Part shown: positions 38,054-46,230 of the stretch, in pieces
How positions within the stretch are numbered: position 1 is the stretch's first letter
Layout of the letters: every line of letters begins with the position of its first letter
Source of the DNA: Candidatus Bipolaricaulota bacterium
Lineage (GTDB): Bacteria > Bipolaricaulota > Bipolaricaulia > UBA7950 > UBA9294
DNA: 59,051 bases
Assembly (NCBI GenBank): GCA_030611415.1
Contig: JAUWPW010000003.1
Span: 1 to 59,051, forward strand
Direction: 5' to 3'
Notes under the pieces: generated by a model
The model's input: the letters and a program-made list of their open reading frames with translations, nothing else
The model's database searches: none
Told to the model about the DNA's origin: nothing
Position numbers and translations under genes: made by a program

Positions 38054-39013
38054 TTATGCCTCCTTTCTTGTTGTTGGTATGTACCCATACGGCTTTGGGC
38101 GTACGTAGCGGTCAATGAGCGGAGTAACTGCATTCATCAGCAGGATCGAGTAACAGACCCCTTCGGGCATGGTTCCCAGCACTCTGATCACCACAACTAG
38201 TATTCCTGCTCCGACTGCAAAGATGATTTTTCCTCTGGTGGTGATGGGGCTTGTTACATAATCTGTTGCCATGAAGAATGCCCCAAGCATCAATCCTCCT
38301 GCTAGAATATGGAATAGTGGATCTTGCCCCATGATCCAGCTTAAGAGGAAGACTGTGCCAATGTAGAAAACCGGTACGTGCCATTTGATCAGACCAAATG
38401 CGAGTAGGATTGCTCCACCAATTAGGATCAACAGAACAGAAGTTTCTCCCACACTACCGGCAACGTTTCCTAGGAATAGAGCTTTGTATAGGGCACCGTT
38501 GTTGAGGGTAGTGACAAATCCTTCACCAAGTGGTGTCGCTGCAGTAACCCCATCTGCCATGAATGAGCTTACCGGTGCAATCCATCGGGTCAACGCACTT
38601 GCAAATGAGAGGGTAACAAATGCTCTTCCAGCTAGCGCCGGATTGAATATGTTATGTCCCAATCCGCCAAATGCTTCCTTGGCAATGGCAATGGAGAACA
38701 CCGATCCTACTGCGATAATCCATAATGGTGTGCGAGGGGGCATTACCAGAACCAATAGAATTCCGGTAACGATGGCGCTTCCGTCCATGAGAAATGGTTG
38801 GCGGCGCATCAATTTGGCGACGTATTCAGTTAGTACGGCGCATAGCACTCCAGTAGCGAGCATGAGTAGGACATACAGCCCAAAGAAATATACTGCCCCC
38901 GCGCAGGGGAGCAAGAGTGCCAATGTTACAATGTACATGTCTCTGCTGATCGATGCATTTCCTCGCAGGTGAGGAGCAGGAGACAGCACAAGTTTGCTCA
39001 CGTTATGCATCAC
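38054..39013 (-). CDS. rnfD: Rnf complex subunit D
   Basis: 319-aa polytopic NqrB/RnfD family protein with DGVTAATPLG (flavinylation-site region). GTGA overlap with the rnfC stop. Confidence 0.92.
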   Translation of the reverse strand: MMHNVSKLVLSPAPHLRGNASISRDMYIVTLALLLPCAGAVYFFGLYVLLMLATGVLCAVLTEYVAKLMRRQPFLMDGSAIVTGILLVLVMPPRTPLWIIAVGSVFSIAIAKEAFGGLGHNIFNPALAGRAFVTLSFASALTRWIAPVSSFMADGVTAATPLGEGFVTTLNNGALYKALFLGNVAGSVGETSVLLILIGGAILLAFGLIKWHVPVFYIGTVFLLSWIMGQDPLFHILAGGLMLGAFFMATDYVTSPITTRGKIIFAVGAGILVVVIRVLGTMPEGVCYSILLMNAVTPLIDRYVRPKPYGYIPTTRKEA

Positions 39014-40341
39014 TTTACCCCCCGCTTTTGCAATTCAGTCTTCCCGGTCTTGATGTAGGAGACAAGCGGGATGTTTGCAGGGCAGTTGTATGCGCATGCT
39101 CCGCATTCAACGCAGTTCGCAATGTGATAGTTGGGCAATGTTTCGTATTCTCCTTTCTTGACGCAGTTAACGAACATCAAGGGCATCAGTCCCATGGGGC
39201 AGCTATCGATGCACCGACCGCAACGGATACATGAATGTTCGTCGCGGAAATCGCTTCTGTTTAGGAGCACGCAGTTTGTTCCCTTGATTATTGGAGAATC
39301 ATACGATGGTTGCGCAATCCCCATCATTGGGCCACCGAAAATCATTTGGTCTATAGATGTGTCTGGTTCTCCACAGAGCTCAATCAAGGATGATGCAGCT
39401 GTTCCAAAGCGAGCGATAAGGTTCTTCGGTTCGCTTACCATGCCCGCAACCGTGACCACGCGTTCAACAAGCGGCTTTCCAAGCGTTACCGCGTCATAGA
39501 TTGCAGCCAGGGTTGCTACGTTTTGGACAAGAGCTCCTACATCCATCGGAAGCCCTCCCTCTGGAACCTCAGCATGGAGAATTGACTTAACGAGCGTCTT
39601 CTCTGCTCCCATGGGATATCTTGCCGCAACCGCGACAACGGTTATTCTCTCAGGTGGGGACAATTGAGCCAGGGCTTTGCGCATTCGCTCGATTGCCTGT
39701 GGTTTGTTATCCTCAATTGCGATATGGGCTCTTGTTACGGAGAGAACTTGCATTACAATCTTGAGGCCAGCGATGATTCTGTCAGCTTCTTCAAGCATCA
39801 GGCGATCATCGGCAGTGATATAAGGTTCGCATTCCGCTCCATTAACAATCAATGTATGAATGTGTTTCTGTGGCGGTGGCTTAAGTTTTACATGAGTTGG
39901 AAATGTCGCTCCACCCATCCCTACAATCCCTGCATTCTGGATTCTTGTCAGGATTTGCTCATTTGATAGATTCTCGGGATCGGCAGGGGCAAGCTCAATC
40001 CATTCATCTTTTCCATCTGATTCAATGATTATTGCAGGGACAGGCTGCCCTGTCACTGGGCTTGTTATGGTAGTGATTTGCTTTACTGTTCCCGAGATAG
40101 TGGCATGTATCGGTGCCGAGACAAAGCCATCGGATTCAGCGATCACTTGCCCTACCTTGACCTCGTCGCCTCGCTTTACTGCTGCCTTGGCACAAGCGCC
40201 AATATGCTGTTGCAAAGGAAGGATAACCTTACTGGCCAGAGGCATGTGTTCTATCGCTTTTGATCTGGCCGACTTACGCGCCGGCGGATGCACTCCTGTT
40301 CGGTGCCTCAATCCTAGTACTTCAAGAACATGCATGTTCAT
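39010..40341 (-). CDS. rnfC: Rnf complex subunit C (NADH-binding, 2x[4Fe-4S])
   Basis: 443 aa. GMGGATFPTHVK, SLBB domain, CIRCGRCIDSCP and CVECGACAYNCP motifs. Confidence 0.93.
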   Translation of the reverse strand: MNMHVLEVLGLRHRTGVHPPARKSARSKAIEHMPLASKVILPLQQHIGACAKAAVKRGDEVKVGQVIAESDGFVSAPIHATISGTVKQITTITSPVTGQPVPAIIIESDGKDEWIELAPADPENLSNEQILTRIQNAGIVGMGGATFPTHVKLKPPPQKHIHTLIVNGAECEPYITADDRLMLEEADRIIAGLKIVMQVLSVTRAHIAIEDNKPQAIERMRKALAQLSPPERITVVAVAARYPMGAEKTLVKSILHAEVPEGGLPMDVGALVQNVATLAAIYDAVTLGKPLVERVVTVAGMVSEPKNLIARFGTAASSLIELCGEPDTSIDQMIFGGPMMGIAQPSYDSPIIKGTNCVLLNRSDFRDEHSCIRCGRCIDSCPMGLMPLMFVNCVKKGEYETLPNYHIANCVECGACAYNCPANIPLVSYIKTGKTELQKRGVK

Positions 40342-41408
40342 AGATTGTCGTTCTTCTTGTGTTCATACATGCTTAGTCCGTTTGACTTGTAGATCCGGCT
40401 GGGTTCCTCGTAATCTACAATTAGAGCCTCTACGTAAGGTAAGGAATCTACAAGCGTGATTCCTTCGGTTGGGCCAAGGACAAACGTAGCAGTAGCTAGA
40501 CAGTCAGCCTGTACGCAGGTTGGGGAGATCACGGTAGCACTGGAAGAACCGTGAGAGGAGTAGCCGGTTCTTGGATCCATGATGTGTCCTACTTCTGCTT
40601 CCTTGTCGAAGTGCCGTTCGTAGTTACCTGATGTTGCCAGGGCACCATCACTGAGCAGGAAGCGTGCAAGGTAGTTATCAGAATCGTTCGGATCACGTAA
40701 TACTATTTCCCACTTTCCTGTAGGTTTGCCTCCAAATACACCGATGTCGCCGCCTGCATTGATTAGAGCATGTTGTATTCCCGCATCTCGTAGCGCAGCC
40801 AATCCTTGATCGACAATGTATCCTTTGGCTAGACCACCCAGTGTGATTTTCATCCCAGGCTCTAGGGAGACCGAATAATGTGGCATGGTAGAGAGCCTAA
40901 TCTTGTCTGCTCCAATAAGAGGTAGCGTGTTTGCAATAATCTCTTGCTGTTCTGATGGATCAAGCTCCCAGAATTGTTCTTGACTATCCGGCTTGTAGCG
41001 CCACAGCTCGAGCAGGGGCTCGACGGTAATGTCAAATGTGCCCTTGGTCAGCTCGTAGTATTCCTTAGCCGTTGTGATAATCTCCCACAGCTCAGGAGAA
41101 GGATTGTCCAATTGACCTTGAAGGTTGAGATGGAATGCCTCCGAATTGCTATCGTAGATTGAAGCGATTTGTTCGATCTCTGACATGCGGTTGAAGGCAG
41201 CATCAATGGCCGTCTCAGCTGTTTCTTCATCTGGAGCATATACGGTGATTGTGACCAACGTATCCATCATCTCACGGCGGTCCTGAAATTCAACCGGTGG
41301 TGAAGGGAAGAAGAAACGGTTGATAGAAAATACAATCGCTAACGCGATAACAAGTACAAATGGTAATAGTTTCTTCATGTTGTAGTGTCGCTTAGCATCT
41401 CTTGTCAA
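40338..41408 (-). CDS. apbE: FAD:protein FMN transferase ApbE
   Basis: ApbE family (GGLAKGYIVD, SGNYERHF). Signal or lipoprotein-like N-terminus. Start is TTG 41408 or ATG 41378 (MKKLLPFVLV...). 4-nt overlap with rnfC. Confidence 0.88.
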   Translation of the reverse strand: MTRDAKRHYNMKKLLPFVLVIALAIVFSINRFFFPSPPVEFQDRREMMDTLVTITVYAPDEETAETAIDAAFNRMSEIEQIASIYDSNSEAFHLNLQGQLDNPSPELWEIITTAKEYYELTKGTFDITVEPLLELWRYKPDSQEQFWELDPSEQQEIIANTLPLIGADKIRLSTMPHYSVSLEPGMKITLGGLAKGYIVDQGLAALRDAGIQHALINAGGDIGVFGGKPTGKWEIVLRDPNDSDNYLARFLLSDGALATSGNYERHFDKEAEVGHIMDPRTGYSSHGSSSATVISPTCVQADCLATATFVLGPTEGITLVDSLPYVEALIVDYEEPSRIYKSNGLSMYEHKKNDNL

Positions 41409-41452
41409 AGACTCTTATTTCCCCCTGAAAGGAAAGCTATAGCTAGTGCGGC

Positions 41453-41481
41453 ATTATAGCAAGTCTGGGAGTGGTTGACAA
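41453..41481 (-). promoter_or_regulatory. Candidate strong sigma70 promoter of the apbE-rnfCDGEAB operon
   Basis: On the minus strand: TTGTCA (41481..41476), 17-nt spacer, then extended -10 TGcTATAAT (-10 at 41458..41453). Confidence 0.55.
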
Positions 41482-41510
41482 TGCTGCAATCCTGTGTTTT
41501 TCATGCATTA

Positions 41511-41567
41511 CAGTTATCAGTTCTCAGTTCTCAGGAAGAAAGGCAGTTATCAGTGATCAGTTCTCAG
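41511..41567. repeat. Two blocks of 7-nt tandem repeats (NNNTCAG): CAG-TTATCAG-TTCTCAG-TTCTCAG and CAG-TTATCAG-TGATCAG-TTCTCAG
   Basis: Blocks at 41511..41534 and 41544..41567, separated by GAAGAAAGG. The second block is bracketed by the imperfect inverted repeat AGGAAGAAAGGC / GCCCTTCCT. Confidence 0.8.
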
Positions 41568-41606
41568 TTCGCCCTTCCTTGCTTAACCAATTGAACGAAT
41601 AAAAAC

Positions 41607-41637
41607 AATCAACTATTCAACAAATCAACTATTCAAC
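41607..41637. repeat. Direct repeat AATCAACTATTCAAC x2 (16-nt period)
   Basis: Copies at 41607..41621 and 41623..41637, identical. Confidence 0.85.
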
Positions 41638-41670
41638 TTGTCTTTTCTCGGCTCCCGACCATGTCTTCAA

Positions 41671-41692
41671 CTCAACGAACTCAACGAACTCA
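41671..41692. repeat. Tandem 9-mer CTCAACGAA x2 plus partial copy, abutting the maf stop codon
   Basis: 41671..41679, 41680..41688, then CTCA. Confidence 0.8.
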
Positions 41693-42280
41693 TCACTCGT
41701 TATTGTTTTCCAGTTCCAGCCTGACTCCCATTTCTCTTAGTAGCAGGTAGAGCTTGCAAACAGGAAGTCCCATGACGTTGAAGAAATCACCACAGATTCG
41801 GTCGATGAATAGTGCTCCTTGTCCCTGAATCCCGTATGCACCAGCCTTGTCCGCATATTCGCCGGTGTCGAGATACGCCTCGATCTGGTCCTTAGTAAGA
41901 GCACAGAAATGAACCCTCGTTTTTTCACAGGCTTGCCTGTGCTGTTTGGTTTTGGTTGATAAGATGTACAGCCCTGTGATGACCGTGTGTTCCCTGGCGC
42001 TTAGCTTTGTTAACATCCTGCGTGCTTGTTCACGCGAGTTTGGTTTTCCAAGGATTTCGTCATCCACAACAACTATTGTATCCGCACCAACTATTATTCC
42101 TTCGTGTTTTTGTGCTATTTGCCGCACTTTATTGTGTGCGGCAGTGATTGCCTGTTCTTCTGGCGTTCCATCGACTTTTTCGTCAATCTTGCTTGCGATA
42201 GGAACAAACCTGGAGGTAATCTTCTTGAGGAGTTCGATTCGTCGCGGTGAGCCTGAGGCAAGTACAATGGGGATATCCAT
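41693..42280 (-). CDS. maf: Maf-like nucleoside triphosphate pyrophosphatase
   Basis: IVLASGSPRRIELL and KAGAYGIQG motifs. Start set at ATG 42280 (MDIPIVLASGSPRR). The track's 13 extra residues overlap the upstream gene. Confidence 0.92.
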   Translation of the reverse strand: MDIPIVLASGSPRRIELLKKITSRFVPIASKIDEKVDGTPEEQAITAAHNKVRQIAQKHEGIIVGADTIVVVDDEILGKPNSREQARRMLTKLSAREHTVITGLYILSTKTKQHRQACEKTRVHFCALTKDQIEAYLDTGEYADKAGAYGIQGQGALFIDRICGDFFNVMGLPVCKLYLLLREMGVRLELENNNE

Positions 42281-42315
42281 TGGTTCATCTTGCTTAGTTG
42301 TTAGAGATAGGCAGG

Positions 42316-43413
42316 TCACTCTAGAGAGTTGAAGATGGTCTTTGTGCTTCCGTAGTTTAAGGTAAACTGCGCGAGTGAATCAAGCTTGTGTGGGAGAATA
42401 ATTACACCGGCTGCTACTTCGCCCACTTCTATATAGCTTATCTTACAAAACCCTGTAGTCATCTCGGAAAAAGAGGAAGTCATAACAAAGTAGTAAGGGA
42501 TCGTTGACTGCTCTACCCAGAAGTAGTAAGGAGTAAAGTGTGCTCCGGTTGGCGAAATGGCCCACACCATTATTCCCCCTGTCCCGATGAAGGGTTGAAC
42601 GGCTGACAAGAGATCAGCCTCCAGCGCACTCTCATTTATCTGTTCTTCCAGCAGTACGAGAAGAAGGTGCAGTATTTCACCGTCGTGTTTGATGACAATT
42701 GTTCTTACTAGAGATGGAGACAGATCAACCAGGCTAGCTATTCCCTCTGCGGAAAAACTGCCCTGTTCCGTCAGTTCATCCTTTAATATCGCAATCTGTT
42801 TTTGTAGAGCAAGTTCGACCTCATTTATAGGGATGGTGGGCGGTTTCTGTGTCGTGACGTTTGCCCGCGGTTTCTCGATGATGTCGAAGCGCGCTCTTGT
42901 GCTATCATACACAGCCCAAAAGGGTTGTGTAGGGTCGATGTGGTCCCCCATAACCAATACCCCTATACTGCAAGATCCATGTTCAAGCCCGCTTGGATGG
43001 GGCTCGAACTTGCCCGCAAGGAACCCTTCGGTGATTTCTACCCAGTCTTCAGATGTGGGGAAAAAGGGTGGACTTCCTTCTTGCTCAATGCTAAGGTAAC
43101 TCGGGAAGAAGTCAAAAGAATCTACGACTTGTTTGACTGTCGGATTAACGTACAGCGCATTAGCTTCTTTATACAGGGAAAGCGCGTGACTCAAGTTCTC
43201 TGAAATCTCGCTATTGAAAGCACGTTTGTTCAAGTAGACCAAGAAAAGGTCTAGCCTTTGTCCATTTACTTGAACAGATAGCTGTGTGGAAAGGTCGGGA
43301 TCAAGTCCGGTTTCTATACCACCTTGTCCACAGCTCATGATAGCAGCAAAAGCGATAATAACAAGAACGAGGAGGCTAATAACTCCTCCTCGCTTCGAGA
43401 AGCCTAGGCTCAT
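42316..43413 (-). CDS. Hypothetical lipoprotein with internal domain duplication
   Basis: Start set at ATG 43413. MSLGFSKRGGVISLLVLVIIAFAAIMSCGQ gives a signal peptide plus lipobox (IMSC). Two alignable halves. I recognise no family. Confidence 0.75.
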   Translation of the reverse strand: MSLGFSKRGGVISLLVLVIIAFAAIMSCGQGGIETGLDPDLSTQLSVQVNGQRLDLFLVYLNKRAFNSEISENLSHALSLYKEANALYVNPTVKQVVDSFDFFPSYLSIEQEGSPPFFPTSEDWVEITEGFLAGKFEPHPSGLEHGSCSIGVLVMGDHIDPTQPFWAVYDSTRARFDIIEKPRANVTTQKPPTIPINEVELALQKQIAILKDELTEQGSFSAEGIASLVDLSPSLVRTIVIKHDGEILHLLLVLLEEQINESALEADLLSAVQPFIGTGGIMVWAISPTGAHFTPYYFWVEQSTIPYYFVMTSSFSEMTTGFCKISYIEVGEVAAGVIILPHKLDSLAQFTLNYGSTKTIFNSLE

Positions 43414-43462
43414 CAATACAAATCCTTTATAGTCAGCTCTCAGGCAATGTATCTTTTGGACT

Positions 43463-43552
43463 CTAACCGCACCAATTGCACCAGCAACCAGCAAATGCAA
43501 ACATCCAGAAGGTCCAGAAGAAACCAAGAAGCAGGTAGGTTGATAACAGCAT
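43463..43552 (-). CDS. Candidate small hydrophobic Trp/Cys-rich protein (29 aa): MLLSTYLLLGFFWTFWMFAFAGCWCNWCG
   Basis: AAAGGAGGTG ends 4 nt upstream of ATG 43552, and the stop is TAG 43465..43463. The ORF is the first cistron, about 18 nt downstream of a predicted TSS. It is below the ORF-track size cutoff. Confidence 0.45.
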   Translation of the reverse strand: MLLSTYLLLGFFWTFWMFAFAGCWCNWCG

Positions 43553-43577
43553 CGAACACCTCCTTTTATAGATTGCC

Positions 43578-43606
43578 AGTATAGCACAACTGGGTGATGA
43601 AGGCAA
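43578..43606 (-). promoter_or_regulatory. Candidate promoter of the small-ORF/lipoprotein/maf unit
   Basis: On the minus strand: TTGCCT (43606..43601), 17-nt spacer, then extended -10 TGcTATACT (-10 at 43583..43578). Confidence 0.45.
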
Positions 43607-43615
43607 GGCATTTGT

Positions 43616-43624
43616 TGTTATAAT
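43616..43624 (+). promoter_or_regulatory. Candidate extended -10 promoter element for the NMT1-type ABC operon
   Basis: TGtTATAAT at 43616..43624. There is no good -35. It lies 56 nt upstream of ATG 43680, and GAAGGAG lies 5 nt upstream of that ATG. Confidence 0.35.
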
Positions 43625-43679
43625 ATGGCGCTAGGGTATAGAATTGATTGGTGCCAGCGTTGATTGAGGAAGGAGATAT

Positions 43680-44711
43680 ATGTTGTCTATTCGTCACCAC
43701 ATTAGGTTTGCAGTAACTCTTGTTATTCTTGCCGCGTTTTGTTCATGTGCCGTGAGTGCCGATCTTCCTCGACTTCGTATTAGCCTTCCTCCGGTGATGG
43801 GGTCTCTTCCGGTTGCCCTTGCTCAAGAGTGGGAGTTGTTCGAAACCTATGGCTTAAGGGTTGATCTCATTGGGCTGAGTGATAATGAAGCGCGCAACTT
43901 GGCCATGTACGCTGGAGACATTGATGGAATGGTTTGTGGTGTAACGCTTGCTATCATGCTAGCATCTATTGGAACCGATATCGTGATTACTAGCACTGCC
44001 TACCAAAGTGAAGCGACGGGAAGCCTCGCCCTTCTCTCCCAAAGCTATTTTGGCATAGATTCGGTAGGTGCTCTCCTTGCACGCACACAACGAGGAAGCG
44101 ATCTCAAGTCAATCGCTATTCTTGAGTCAAGCGATATTGAGTATCACATAGACACGCTTCTTGATAGCCTTGGCTACCCGGTTGATTCAGATAAGTACTA
44201 CTCTTATTGGAATGACATGCTCCAGCTGGCAGCGTTTCTTTCCATGGGCTGTGTCTATGCCGCTGTTCTGCCCGAACCATACATTACTTACCTTAATAAC
44301 TACTTGCCGGCTAATGTGAACAACCCTCTTGTGCATCTGTCCGATTTTGATGGTGTTGACCTTCTACCCAGTATTATCGTTTTCCGACGTGCCGTCATTG
44401 AGCAGAAGACAGAGCTTGTCGAACGTTTTTACGCGGCATATCGTGAAGCAGTGAGAATGCTTAACGAGTCAGGCCGAGAGGAAGTGATCGAAATGGGGAC
44501 TAATGAGGCGCTTACTCTATTTTTCCCTGGTTGGAAAAAAGAGGATGTTCCAGTTGGGATTATGGACAACTTTGAGATTCCTCATTTTCCACAACCGCAG
44601 ATGCTTTCCGAAAAGGAGTACGAAAACGCACGTTTGTGGGTAGCTGGTAAACATGACAAATGGCAATGTCCTTCCTACGAAGAAGTAACAACTGATCACT
44701 TCTTGCAATGA
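43680..44711 (+). CDS. ABC transporter substrate-binding protein, NMT1/THI5-like (NitT/TauT family)
   Basis: 343 aa with a signal/lipoprotein-like N-terminus (LAAFCSCAV) and a periplasmic-binding fold typical of NitT/TauT-type SBPs. Followed by the cognate ATPase and permease. Confidence 0.7.
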   Translation: MLSIRHHIRFAVTLVILAAFCSCAVSADLPRLRISLPPVMGSLPVALAQEWELFETYGLRVDLIGLSDNEARNLAMYAGDIDGMVCGVTLAIMLASIGTDIVITSTAYQSEATGSLALLSQSYFGIDSVGALLARTQRGSDLKSIAILESSDIEYHIDTLLDSLGYPVDSDKYYSYWNDMLQLAAFLSMGCVYAAVLPEPYITYLNNYLPANVNNPLVHLSDFDGVDLLPSIIVFRRAVIEQKTELVERFYAAYREAVRMLNESGREEVIEMGTNEALTLFFPGWKKEDVPVGIMDNFEIPHFPQPQMLSEKEYENARLWVAGKHDKWQCPSYEEVTTDHFLQ

Positions 44712-45439
44712 TAGAAGTTGATAATCTCATCATTGATTACGGTTCCTCTGACCGGAAACTACGGGCAGTAGAAGGGGTTAGTTTTCGTTTGGGGCAAAGC
44801 GAAAGCTTGGCGTTTATTGGCCCATCAGGGTGTGGGAAAACCACACTGTTATTCGCGCTTTCTGGGTTGCTTACTCCCAGTGAAGGGAGCGTAAGAATAG
44901 GCAAGGAGCAGGTAGCTGGTCCACGGCGGAATGTAGCCCTGATCTTACAGAACGCAGGACTTCTACCGTGGAAAACGGTCTGGCAGAATGCCAACTTGAG
45001 CCTTATTCTGTCTGGGGATTACCCAGCTCACAATGCTCAGGATATTCTTGAGGAACTCGGTTTGAGAAACGTGAAATCCCGTTTTCCCGCTGAACTATCT
45101 GAAGGAATGAAACGCCGTGTAGGTATCGCTCGCGCTCTTTCCATCTCACCATCGGTTTTGTTAATGGATGAGCCACTTGCGTCACTTGATACCCTTACCC
45201 GTGAGAAGATCCAAGATTTATTCCTCACCTTATGGAAGGACCGCGGTTTTACGCTAATCCTTGTTACTCATGACATTGAAGAAGCGGCCTTCCTCGGGCA
45301 AGAAATAATCGTTCTTACCGAAAAACCGGCGCGCATCAAAGCAAGAGTGGCTAACCGAGAAGTAGGATCCCTTGATTATCGTCAAACCGAGGCATTTGAT
45401 AGGACAGTTTGCAGATTAAGGGAGGAGCTAGAGAGATGA
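44708..45439 (+). CDS. ABC transporter ATP-binding protein (NitT/TauT type)
   Basis: Walker A GPSGCGKTT, signature LSEGMKRR, Walker B LLMDEP. ATGA overlap with the SBP gene. Confidence 0.92.
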   Translation: MIEVDNLIIDYGSSDRKLRAVEGVSFRLGQSESLAFIGPSGCGKTTLLFALSGLLTPSEGSVRIGKEQVAGPRRNVALILQNAGLLPWKTVWQNANLSLILSGDYPAHNAQDILEELGLRNVKSRFPAELSEGMKRRVGIARALSISPSVLLMDEPLASLDTLTREKIQDLFLTLWKDRGFTLILVTHDIEEAAFLGQEIIVLTEKPARIKARVANREVGSLDYRQTEAFDRTVCRLREELER

Positions 45440-46188
45440 AGCAGGTCCTGATTTACATTTGCAGCATTATCTTCTTGTTGCTTTTGTGGGAAGTGGCAAG
45501 TATTACGATAAACACAATTAACTCTGGTTCTGTTCTTCCTGGTCCTTACGAGGCTCTATCACAGGTAGTTAAGAATGGGGCAGAGTTGCAGCGACATTTC
45601 CTGGCGAGTGCCTGGCGACTTGTGATGGCGATGCTCATTGCTCTTGTTGCCGCAGTTCCTTTAGGTCTTGTTATTGGTCACGAGCGTTCAGTTGATACGT
45701 TCGTTTCACCAATGATCTATATTATGTATCCAATTCCCCAGGTGGCACTCATACTATTCTTGTTTCTCATTTTTGGTACGGGGAGCGCTACTAAAGTTGC
45801 GATTGTTGCTATCGTGCTTTTTTTTCAAGTTCTTGTCTCTGCCCGTGGAGCAGCCAAGAATATAAGCGAAGAGCACTTGGTAAGTGTTCTATCTGCTGGC
45901 GCAAACCGCTGGCAGGTGTATCGACATGTGATCTTTCCTGCTACGCTCCCCAGCATTCTGACCAGTGTACGTGTGGGCATAGGAGTAGGGATAGCTTTTC
46001 TATATATCGCTGAGACAAACACTGCTCAAGGGATGGGATTAGGGAGTTTTATTAAGCGATATATGCTGTTCGGGCGTGACCGGGCGTTTGCCGGGATAAT
46101 TGCAATGGCATTCCTTGGGCTTGTACTGTATGTGGGAATTGATATATTGGAACGGATACTCTGCCGTTGGAAGTACATAAAGCGTTGA
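45436..46188 (+). CDS. ABC transporter permease (NitT/TauT type)
   Basis: Start set at ATG 45436 (ATGA overlap with the ATPase stop). 250-aa, 6-TM binding-protein-dependent permease. Confidence 0.88.
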   Translation: MKQVLIYICSIIFLLLLWEVASITINTINSGSVLPGPYEALSQVVKNGAELQRHFLASAWRLVMAMLIALVAAVPLGLVIGHERSVDTFVSPMIYIMYPIPQVALILFLFLIFGTGSATKVAIVAIVLFFQVLVSARGAAKNISEEHLVSVLSAGANRWQVYRHVIFPATLPSILTSVRVGIGVGIAFLYIAETNTAQGMGLGSFIKRYMLFGRDRAFAGIIAMAFLGLVLYVGIDILERILCRWKYIKR

Positions 46189-46230
46189 TGACTTTAATCC
46201 GGCAGTAGATTTTTAGGTGGGATAAGAGCG

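Noticed and set aside
43625-43679. TPP (THI-box) riboswitch upstream of the NMT1/THI5-like ABC binding protein
   Set aside because: The leader is only about 50 nt. It lacks the conserved CUGAGA and ACCUGAUCUGGAUAAUGCCAGCG elements. A short GGTGCCAGCG resemblance is not sufficient.
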